DNA of 64,000 bases from Candidatus Melainabacteria bacterium (GTDB taxonomy: Bacteria > Actinomycetota > Actinomycetes > Mycobacteriales > Pseudonocardiaceae). Below the pieces are notes generated by a model. The model had not been told where the DNA came from. It made no database searches and was given only the letters and a program-made list of their open reading frames with translations. This document shows positions 18,201 through 27,400 of the stretch, in pieces (position 1 is the first letter of the stretch; the number at the start of each line of letters is the position of its first letter). Where the stretch lies: assembly GCA_963757325.1 (NCBI GenBank), contig CAVWRF010000015.1:9010-73009 (forward strand), in the 5' to 3' direction. The translations under genes were made by a program, and so were the position numbers.

Positions 18201-19850
18201 ACGCCGGAGGAGGAACTGCTCTGCCGGCTGCTCGCCGACGCGCTCGGTCTGCCGGTGATCGGGCCGGACGACAACTTCTTCACCCTCGGCGGCGACAGCA
18301 TCATCTCGATCCAGGTGTCCAGCCGCATCCGGCGGGAGGGTCTGCTGGTCACCCCGCAGCAGATCTTCCGGCTCAAGACGCCCGGCGCGATCGCCGCGGC
18401 CGCGAAACCGGTGCGGCCGCTGGCCGTGCCGCGCTCCGAGGACGGTGTCGGCGAGGTCGAGCCGCCGCCGGTCGCCCAGCAGCTACGCGAGGATCTGGCG
18501 CCACTGGGTGCGGACGGCCTGCCGGAGGCCGCTCGCCGCTACGGCCAGTACGTCGTGTTCGAGCTGCCGTCCGATGTGGACGCCGACCGGCTCACGTTCG
18601 CGTTGCAGGCCGTACTCGACCACCACGACGCGCTGCGCATGCGGGTGACCGTGCCGGCGCCGGGGCAGTGGGCGCTGGAGGCGCTGCCGCCGGGTTCGGT
18701 GAAGGCGGCCGACGTGCTCACCGAGACCGATGCGGCGCCGGTACCCGAACTGGCCGCCGCCGCGCAGCGCGGGCTGGACCCGGAGAACGGGATCGTCACG
18801 CGGGTGGTACTGGTGCGCGGTGCGGCTGGCGAGCCGGACCGGTTGCTGTGGCTGGTGAACCACCTGTGCGTCGACGGCGTGTCCTGGCGGGTGCTGGTGC
18901 CGGACCTGCGTGAGGCGTGGCAGTCCGTGCTGGCCGATCAGGAGATCGCGCTGGCCGCCGTCGGCACGTCGTACCGCCGCTGGTGCCGCGCGCTCGGCCG
19001 GAGCGCGGGTTCCGCCGCGCGGCTCGCGGAGTTCCCGGAGTGGCTGGCCGCGGTGCGCGATCCGGGGCCACCACTGGCCGACCGGCCGCTGGACCCGCTG
19101 CGCGACACGTATGCCACCGGGCACTCGCTGCGCCTGGTGCTGCCGCCGGAGATCACCCGGCCGCTGCTCACCTCGACGCCCGCGGACCTGGGCGTCGAGG
19201 TGAACGACGTGCTGCTGACCGCGCTGGGCATCGCCGTCGCCGACTGGCGGCGCCGCAGGGGAGAGCCGGCGGAGCAGGTTCTGGTGGAACTGGAGGGTCA
19301 CGGCCGGGAGCCGATCGCGGAGGAGGACCTTGCCCGCACGGTCGGCTGGTTCACCAGCATCTTCCCGGTGCGGCTGGACGTGTCGGCTGCCGGCGCGGCA
19401 CCGGACCGGGACGACATCTGGGCGGGCGGCACCGCACTGGGCGCGCTCGCCACGGCGAGGCACGCCGTGCCCGACCGAGGTCTGGGCTACGGCCTGCTGC
19501 GCTACCTGAACGCACAGACCGAGACCGCGCTCGCGCGGTTCGCGCCGCCCGAAGTCGGCCTGAACTACCTGGGCTGGTTCACCGCGGGCGCCGGGACGGG
19601 CGCATGGCGGCTGGACGGCGGCAACGCGGTGATCAGCACCGCGACGACCCCGGACATGCCGTTGCGGCACGTGCTGGCGGTCACGCCCGTCACCGAGGAC
19701 CGGCCGGGCGGGCCGTGCCTGGTGGCCGACTGGCTCTGGGCGGGCGAGCTGTTCGCCGACGCCGACGCCGAGGACATCGCGCGCACCTGGTTCCGGGCGC
19801 TGCGCACACTGGTGATCCACAGTGGACACAATGGTGGGGAGACATCGTGA
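15252..19850 (+). CDS. NRPS-1: starter C - A - T - E (module 1)
   Basis: GTGA overlap with the sbnA stop. C domain HHAVSDG. A domain YVIFTSGSTGTPKG, NAYGPTE, YRTGD, PLTSHGKVD (code DIWELTADDK). T domain FFTLGGDSI. E domain NHLCVDGVSWRVL plus ELEGHGRE. Confidence 0.9.
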   Translation: MTTAQRRQVAADRTVFPLMAGQAEIWYDERFSGGTPAYNSGVCVHIDGPLDAGVLEASVRQLVDEAECTRIRFVEQDGLPRQTVRQLPTLPMGWHDLSGRPDPDAAARRWINADLVRPFSMTDFPLMRLAALRLGPERTQLYLNIHHAVSDGFSHVVYWRRFAEIYAARATGGDPGRGALPPLRLLIEEEESYLGSRFEQRDRAFWRDRFPKPTEVTTLSTRSPVDSLPREFLRSTSVLDERITGAVRAAAAGAGVTTGALLMAATSLYVNRITGAPDVTLTVAAGARMSAAARKIPGMTANFLPMTVRVDRAEQRPDLLRRTSAELAGLLRHQRYRVGAIRRDLGLGADDRWPAGPFVNMLPLLVALDMGPCVGTVENITTGLVSDMMVTTVDTPGENLRLNINGNPDLYHPDEVSDHLARFGAFLGRFAGSASDTPVGDVPLLGSVEIGRYDHMSAGPVREDPHLSVPAAIRAVAAQDPDAVALVDGRADDPREVTYGQLVARANALTRRLPAVGLVGVLAGPGADFVVGVLGTWGAGAAYVPLDVRAPAARTAALVADNGIGCLLVDAEHRELAEEVVAGSDVDILLLADVEDGELAALPDDPAELAYVIFTSGSTGTPKGAMVQHGGMVNHLRAKIEDLRLASTDLVVANAPLTFDISVWQLFAALLVGGRVRIVPREVAADPNLLFPLTVRDGGTVLEVVPSLLRAALDSWDALDGGPRLRGLRWLLVTGEAMPVELCRRWFAREPKVPVLNAYGPTECSDDVTHAVLTAKDGVATTAQRRVPIGRAVRNTALYVLGDDLCAVPRGAIGELYVGGCGVGRGYLGDPVKTSATFLPDPFAGRGARMYRTGDRVVWRPDGQLEFVERRDHQVKVRGNRIELAEVEAAMHGLPRVRDAAVAVFGESGRQRLIGYVVPAGPATIDLELLRERLAGVLPEYMVPSVLMTLPALPLTSHGKVDRKALPEPETATVTAREGRGAETPEEELLCRLLADALGLPVIGPDDNFFTLGGDSIISIQVSSRIRREGLLVTPQQIFRLKTPGAIAAAAKPVRPLAVPRSEDGVGEVEPPPVAQQLREDLAPLGADGLPEAARRYGQYVVFELPSDVDADRLTFALQAVLDHHDALRMRVTVPAPGQWALEALPPGSVKAADVLTETDAAPVPELAAAAQRGLDPENGIVTRVVLVRGAAGEPDRLLWLVNHLCVDGVSWRVLVPDLREAWQSVLADQEIALAAVGTSYRRWCRALGRSAGSAARLAEFPEWLAAVRDPGPPLADRPLDPLRDTYATGHSLRLVLPPEITRPLLTSTPADLGVEVNDVLLTALGIAVADWRRRRGEPAEQVLVELEGHGREPIAEEDLARTVGWFTSIFPVRLDVSAAGAAPDRDDIWAGGTALGALATARHAVPDRGLGYGLLRYLNAQTETALARFAPPEVGLNYLGWFTAGAGTGAWRLDGGNAVISTATTPDMPLRHVLAVTPVTEDRPGGPCLVADWLWAGELFADADAEDIARTWFRALRTLVIHSGHNGGETS

Positions 19851-21270
19851 CGCGGTCGGAGAAAGCTGTGACGGGCGACAGGGAACGCGACGTGGCGGAC
19901 GTCGCGCTGACCCCGCCGGTGCAACGGCTGCGGGACCGGACCGGCGTGCTGGACGGACCGGCGCAGCGGCTCGGCGAGTACCTGATCGTGCCGGCGCCGA
20001 AGGGCACGAACCTCGCCGTGCTGACCGAGGCCGTGCGGGCGCTGGTGGACCGGCACGAGGCGTTGCGGCTGTGTCTGGCCGAACCGGTCGAGGGCCTGTG
20101 GTCGGCAGGCGTGCTGCCGCCCGGCGCGGTGCGCGCGGAGTCGTTGGTCAGCAAGGCGCCCCCGAAGGCCGAACCGGCCGAAGTGGCCGCGAAGGCGCGG
20201 GCCCGGCTGGCCGTGCGGGACGGCGTCGTGCTCCAGGCGGTGCTGCTCACCGGACGGCGTGTCCTGGTGCTGGCCCACGAACTGGTCGTCGACGCGGCGT
20301 CCTGGCGGGTGCTCGTCGACGATCTGCTCGCGTGCTGCGCGGACGTCGTCGCGGGCCGTGAGCCGATGGTGCCCGACGTGGCCGTGACCTATCGGGACCG
20401 GGCAGCGGACCTGGCCGGTCAGGCTCGGGCCGCGCGGCGGGTGCGGGAACTCCCGACGTGGACGGAGCAACTCGACCCGGACGCGCGGCTGGTGCCGGGG
20501 GCAGCGCTGGATCCGTTGGTGCACAACGTGTCCGCGCTGCGCCACCACCGGCAGGAGCTGTCCGCCGCCACCAGTTCGGCGTTGCTGGGCGCGCTGCCGG
20601 CGGCGTTCCACGCGCGGACCGAGGACGCGCTGCTGACCGCGCTGGCGCTGGCCGGTTCCGCGCACCGCGGCGAGGCCGAGGCCGGTCGCACGGCCGTGCT
20701 CGTCGAACTGGCCGCGCCGCACGCCGGTGCCGACCGCACGATCGGCCGCTGTGTCACGGGTTTCCCGGTCCGCGTGGACGCCGCCGTGACCTGTGTCGAG
20801 GACCTGGCCGCCGGTGACGCCGATCTGGACGGTGCGGTCAAGCGCGTCAAGGAGCAGGTGCGGGCGCTGCCCGACGGCGGCAGCGGCTACGGCGTGCTGC
20901 GGCACCTCAACCCGCAGACCGGCGGTGTGCTGGCCCGCCGTGGCACGCCGCAGGTGCTGCTGCGCTTCGACGGCGAACTGCCCGCCCCTGTGACCGCCGA
21001 GGCCGACCCGAGGACGCCGGTCAGCCACGTCGTCACCGTGACCGTGACGGTGTGCGACGGCAGGCTGGTCGCGGACTGGGCGTACCTGCCGGATCTGCTG
21101 CCCGGCGGCGGGGAACTGGCCGCCGAGTGGTCGCGGCTGCTGGACCTGCTCGCCGCGCACACCGCGACGCCGCACGCCGGCGGCCGCACGCCCTCGGATC
21201 TGACCGTCTCGACGCTCACCCAGTACGAGATCGAGAACTTCGAGGCCGATCTCGGCCGGCTGCAGGACGT
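19847..21270 (+). other. E* domain: epimerisation-like domain with both catalytic motifs degenerate
   Basis: Motif comparison with the E domain of NRPS-1 immediately upstream (18440-19850). Confidence 0.7.
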
Positions 21271-21442
21271 GCTGTCGCTGTCGCCGCTGCAGAAGGGCAT
21301 GCTGTTCCACGCGGGCATGCACAAGGACGAACTGGACGTCTACCACGTCCAGGTGCTCGCCGACCTGACCGGCCCGCTGGACGCGGGCCGGCTGCGTGCC
21401 GCGGCGGCCGCGCTGCTGGACCGGCACGTGAACCTGCGCGGG
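19847..21442 (+). CDS. NRPS-2, fragment a: degenerate E-like domain (E*) plus the N-terminal part of C2; frame breaks near 21440
   Basis: GTGA overlap with the NRPS-1 stop. E-like fold with [14 protein letters not shown] and VELAAPHAG in place of HHxxxDG and EGHGRE, then [18 protein letters not shown] and [11 protein letters not shown]...[10 protein letters not shown]. Confidence 0.8.
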
Positions 21443-21443
21443 C

Positions 21444-24400
21444 TGCTTCCGCTACAGCGCGACCGGCGAGCAGTTGCAGATCATCCCGGAGTCGGTCGAA
21501 CTGCCCTGGACCGACGTCGACCTGAGCGGCGCGTCAGAGGACGAGCTGGCCGGGTTCGCCGCCGCCGACCGGGACCACGGTGTCGACCTGGCCGTGGCAC
21601 CGCTGATGCGGTTCACGCTGATCCGCACCGGAGCCGACTCGCACCGTCTGTTGTGGACGTTCCACCACATCGTGGCCGACGGCTGGTCCACGCCGATCGT
21701 GATGCGCGAACTGCTGGCCGCCTACCACGCGGGCGCGGGTTCGCTCACCGAGCCGCGTCCGTACCGGGACTACCTGAGCTGGCTGGAGAGCCGGGACGAC
21801 AGGGCCGCCAGGCAGGCGTGGCGGGCCGCGATGTCGGCCATCACCGAGGCGACGCTGATCGCGCCGCACGGCGAACAGACCCCGCCGGTGCGGCCCGAGT
21901 ACGTGTTCGTCGAACTGCCGCAAGCCCTGACGTCCGCCCTCACCGAGTTCGCGCGCGGGCGCGATCTGACCCTGGGCACCGTGATGCACTGCTGCTGGGC
22001 GATCCTGGTCGGCCAGCTCACCGGCAGCAGGGACGTCGTGTTCGGCAGCGTGCAGTCGGGGCGGCCCGCCGACCTGTCCGGTGTGGACGAGATGGTCGGC
22101 ATGTTCGTCAACACGCTGCCGGTGCCGGTGCGGCTGGACCCCTACCGGTCGTTCGCCGAGGTGGCCGCCGGTGTGCAGGACGAGCAACTCGGCCTGACCG
22201 AGCACCAGCACCTCGGCCTGGGCGACATCCAGCAGCTCACCGGTGTCCGCAGGCTGCTGGACACGTCGGTGACCATCCAGAACTACCCGATGGACGTCGC
22301 CGAGCTGAGCGCGATCGTCCCGGACCTCGCGGTCACCGGCATCCGCGCCGAGTTGTCCGGCGAGTACTCGATGGCGCTGCTGGTGCACCCGGGCAGCCGC
22401 ATCCGGCTGCAGTTGGCGTACCGCCCGGACCTGTTCCGCCCCACCGACGCCGAGCGCGTCGCGGAACGGCTGACCGGGCTGCTGGGCACCGTCGTGCACG
22501 ACGCCGACCGGCCGCTGGGCGCGCTCACCACGCTGACCGCCGCGGAGCGGGCCGACATCACCGGCGCGTGGGCGGGTTCGATCGAGCGGCGCAGGGTGTG
22601 CGACGCACCGACGCTGTTCGCCGAGCGTGTCGCCGCCGCGCCGGACGCGCCCGCGCTGAGCTGGACCGGCGGGTCGATGAGCTACGCCGAACTCGACGGG
22701 CGGGCCAACCGGATGGCCCGCGAGATGGTGGCGCGCGGCGCGGGGCCGGACACGATCGTCGCGCTCGTGCTGCCGCGCACGTCCGAACTGCTGGTGTCGG
22801 TGCTGGCCACGCAGAAGGCGGGCGCCGCCTACGTTCCCGTCGACCCGCGGTACCCGGCCGACCGGATCGCGTTCATGCTGGAGGACTCCCGGCCGGCCGT
22901 CGTCGTGTCCACAGTGGATATCGGTGCCGGCCTGCCGGCCACCGGCGCCCGAACGATCCTGGTCGACGACCCGGCCGACACGGCACGCGTCGCGGCACGT
23001 CCCGACGGCGATCTCACCGACGCCGACCGCACCCGGCCGCTGCTGCCGACCGACGCCGCGTACGTGATCTACACGTCCGGCTCGACCGGGCGGCCCAAGG
23101 GCGTCGTCGTGGACCACACCGGATTCACGAAGATGGTGTTCGACCTGATCACGCGGTTCGACGTCGGGCCGGACACCCGGATGCTGCAGTTCGCGCCCTC
23201 CAGCTTCGACGCGTCGATCTGGGAGTGGTCGATGGCGCTGCTCGGCGGCGGCACGCTGGTGCTGACCGACGAACTGAGCAGGCTGCCCGGCCCGGCGCTG
23301 GTCGACCTGATCGCGGAGCAGCGGGTCAACCTGCTGGCCTTCCCGCCCGCGGTGGCCGCCGCGCTGCCCGAGGGCAGCACCCTGCCCGCCGACCTGACCA
23401 TGGTGGTGGCCGGCGAGGCGTGCCAGAAGGAGGTCGTGGCGCGCTGGTCGGACAGCGTCCGGATGTTCAACGGCTACGGCCCGACCGAGACCGTGCTGGC
23501 GGCGACCGCGGAAGGCCCGCTGCACGGCCCGGAACGGCCCGCGATCGGCAGGCCGCTCGGCGCGCACCGGGTCCACCTGCTGGATTCGGCGCTGCGGCCG
23601 GTGCCGGCAGGAGTGACCGGCGAGATCTACGTCAGCGGCGGCCTGGCCCGCGGTTACCTGAACCGGGCCGGTTTCACGGCGACGCGGTTCGTCGCGTCGC
23701 CGTTCGACGCGTCGGGCGAGCGGATGTACCGCACAGGTGACCTGGCGCGCTGGGACGAGCGCGGCGTGCTGCACTACGCCGGCCGCGTCGACGACCAGGT
23801 GAAGCTGCGCGGCTACCGGATCGAACTGGGCGAGGTCGAGGCAGCGCTGCGCGGTGCGCCCGCGGTCGGCGACGCGTCCGTGGTGATCGGCGAGGACCGC
23901 GGCGGCAAGCGGCTGGTCGGCTACGTCGTGCCCGTGCCCGGCGGTGGCCTGCCGGACGTGGATGTGGTGCGCGAACACATCTCCGGTTCGCTGCCCGACT
24001 ACATGGTGCCCGCCGCACTGGTCGTGCTGGAGACGCTGCCGCTGACCCCCAACGGCAAGGTGGACCGCAAGGCGCTGCCCGAACCCGGCGCCGTGGCCCG
24101 CCCGGCCGGCCGGGCGCCCCGGACGCCGCTGGAGGAGACGCTGGCGTTCGTGTTCGCCGACGTGCTCGGCGTCGACTCGATCGGCATCGACGACGACTTC
24201 TTCGCGATGGGCGGCCATTCGCTGCTGGCCACCAGGGTGATCGGCCGGCTGCGGTCGATGCTGAAGCTGGAGGTGCCGATCAGGGCGCTGTTCGAGGCGC
24301 CGACGGTCGCGGGCCTCGCGCCGCGGATCGGTGGCGTGGCAGCGGCCCGGCCACCACTGCGGCCGGCGCCTGCCGGTGAACCGGTCGGGTTGTCGTTCGC

Positions 24401-27400
24401 GCAGCAGCGCCTGTGGTTCCTGGACCGGCTGGAGGACACCGAGGCCGCCGGCACGTACATCGTGCCGATCGTGGTCCGGCTGGCCGAGGCGGCCGACGTG
24501 CCGGCACTGCGCGCGGCACTGGCCGACGTGACGACACGGCACGAGGTGTTGCGGACCGTCTACACCGACGACGGCGGCACGGCCGCGCTGCGCGTGCTCG
24601 ATCCGCCGGCCGAACTGCCGGTCGGCGTCGAACAGGTCGCGGCAGGCGAACTGGACGACGCGCTCGGCGCGCAGGCCGCCGTCGGGCTGGACCTGAACCG
24701 GATGCCGCTGCGCTGCGTACTGTACGAAGTGGACAACGGCGAACGCGTGCTGCTGTTGGTGATCCACCACATCGCGTTCGACGGCGCCTCGATCTCGCCG
24801 CTGGTCCGCGATCTGGGCGTCGCGTACGCGGCGCGGGCCGCCGGGCACGCACCGGACTGGGCGCCCTTGCCCGTGCAGTACTCGGACTTCGCCGCGTGGC
24901 AGCGCGATTTCCTCGGCCGCACGGACGATCCGGACAGTGTCGCCGGGCGGCAGTTGGAGTACTGGCGCGGCACGCTGGCCGGCCTGCCGGAGGCGGTCGA
25001 CGTCACGACCGACCGCCTGCGGCCCGCAGTGGCCCGGTACGAGGGCGAGGAACTGCCGTTCGAGGTCCCGGTGCGGCTGCACCGCGACCTGACGAAGCTG
25101 GCCGGCGAGCTGGGCGTCAGCCTGTTCATGGTGGTGCAGGCCGCGTTCGCGACCCTGCTCACGCAGTTGGGTGCCGGCACGGACGTGCCGATCGGCAGCC
25201 CGGTGTCCGGGCGCGGCGACGAGGCGCTGGAGGATCTGGTCGGTTTCTTCGTGAACACCGTGGTGCTGCGCACCGACACCGGCGGCGACCCGACGTTCGC
25301 CGAACTGCTGAACCGGGTCCGGGAGACCGATCTGGCGGCCTACGCGAACCAGGACCTGCCCTTCGAGCACCTGGTCGAGGCGCTCAACCCGGACCGGTCG
25401 CCGGCCCACCAGCCGCTGTTCGAGCACATGCTGGCGATGACCAGCAGGGATGCCGCGCCGACGACGTCGGCGTTCGGGGCGGTCGAGCCGGTTCCGTTGC
25501 GCAGCGCCAAGTTCGACCTGTCGCTGCTGCTGGACGAGTGCTTCACCGACGGCGAGCCCAGTTCGATGTTCGGTGTGCTGGAGTACCGCACCGACCTGTT
25601 CGCCGGGAGCACGGCGCGGCGCGTCGTGGACCGGTTCCTCACACTGCTGGCGGCCGTGCTCGCCGACCCGCACGCCCGGCTGAGCGCGCTGTCCGCGCTG
25701 CCGGCCGCGGAACTGGAGCACCTGCGTGCGCTGGGCACCGGGCCGGTCGTGGAGCAGCGCTACGAGGGTGTCGTGGCGAGGGTCAGGGCGCACGCCGCGA
25801 TCCGGCCGGACGATGTCGCGATCGTCGACGACGAGGGCACCACCAGCTACGCGCGGCTGGCCGGCAGGGCGAGCGCGCTGTCCCGGCGGCTGGCCGGCCA
25901 CCAGCGCGTCGCCGTGCTGGCACGGCCCGGTGCCGGTCGGGTCGCGGCTGTGCTGGGCGTGCTGGGTGCCGGCGCGGTGTACGTGCCGCTGGACGTGCAC
26001 GCGCCGCGGGACTCGCTCGTCGGCACGCTGCTCGACAGCGGCGCGCGGACGCTCGTCGTCGACGACGACCCCGCCACGCCGATGCGGTGGGCCGATGGGG
26101 TCGAGGTGGTCCGGCTGGGCGATGCCGCCGATCCGGTGGCCCGGCTCGTGCCGGACGTGGACGACCCGGACTCGCCGGTCTCCCCGTCCGGACCGACGCG
26201 CACCGCACTGGTCGACCGGCTGCTGGCCAAGGTCGAGGAGCTGGGGCTCACGTCCGCGGACCGGTTGCTGTACAACGGTTCGCTGTGGCAGCTAGTGGCG
26301 CCGTTGCTGGCCGGCGGCGCCGTGGTGTTCCCTACCGGCGAGCCGTTGGGCGACATCACGGTGCTGCCGCTGGGACCTGCCGCGCTGTCCGCCTTGCTGG
26401 ACGACGCCGTGCTGGACGACGCCGCGCTGGACGCGGGGCGGCTGCGCCGGGTGGTGGTCACCGGGGAACCGCCGGCACCGGATCTGTGTGCCAGGTGGCT
26501 GTCCCGGTTCCCTGGCGTGCCGCTGCTCACCGGCTGTGCCGACGTCACGTCGGCCGTGATCCGCACGCCGCCGCCTGCCGCCACGCGGGTGCCGGTCGGC
26601 AGGCCGGTCCGCAACACCACGCTGTCGGTGCTGGGCGCCGATCAGCGGCCGGTGCCGTGCGGAGTGCCCGGTGAGCTGTACGTCGACGGTGTCGGCGGGA
26701 CCGGTGAACTGGTCCGCTGGGGCGCCGAGGGAGAGCTGGAGTCGCTGGGCCGGATCGACGAGCAGGCGGCGGTCCGCGGGTTCCGGGTCGAGCGGGTCGA
26801 GGTCGAGACCGCGCTGCGCACGCTGCCGTACGTACGGGACGCGGCCGTGCGGGTGGAGGGCCGGGACGGTGACACGTGGTTGTCCGGCTACGTCGTGCCG
26901 GCACCGGGTTCGACGGTGCCGGACACGGCGGCGATGCGGGCGGCGCTCGCCGGGACGTTGCCCGATCACCTGGTGCCATCCGCCGTGCTGGTGCTCGACT
27001 CGCTGCCGCTGACCGCCGACGGAATGGTCGACCGGGCGGCGCTGCCGCCGATCGGGCCGACAGCCGCGCCGGCGGGGCGGCAGCCGCGCACGCCGGTGGA
27101 ACGGTTGCTGTGCGGTGTGTTCGCCGACGTATTGGGCCGTGCCGAGATCGGCATCGACGACGACTTCTTCAAGCTGGGCGGGCATTCGCTGCTGGCGATC
27201 TTCGCGCTGGGCAGGGTCCGTGCCGAACTCGGTGTCGACCTGCCGGTGCGGGCGCTGTTCGAGGCGTCCACGCCTGCCGCGCTGGCCGCGCTGCTGCCCG
27301 ACGCGGGCACGGTGGACCGGCCGCCGTTGCGGCCCGCGCCGCCGCTGGCCGGCGGTGAGCGGTGGCCGCTGTCGTACGCGCAGCGCAGGCTGTGGTTCCT

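Noticed and set aside
18917-23740. 1607-aa plus-strand ORF spanning the NRPS-1/NRPS-2 junction.
   Set aside because: Only the 19847-21442 portion reads as NRPS domains (E*, N-terminal C2). Before 19847 and after about 21443 it is an out-of-frame shadow of the real coding frames.
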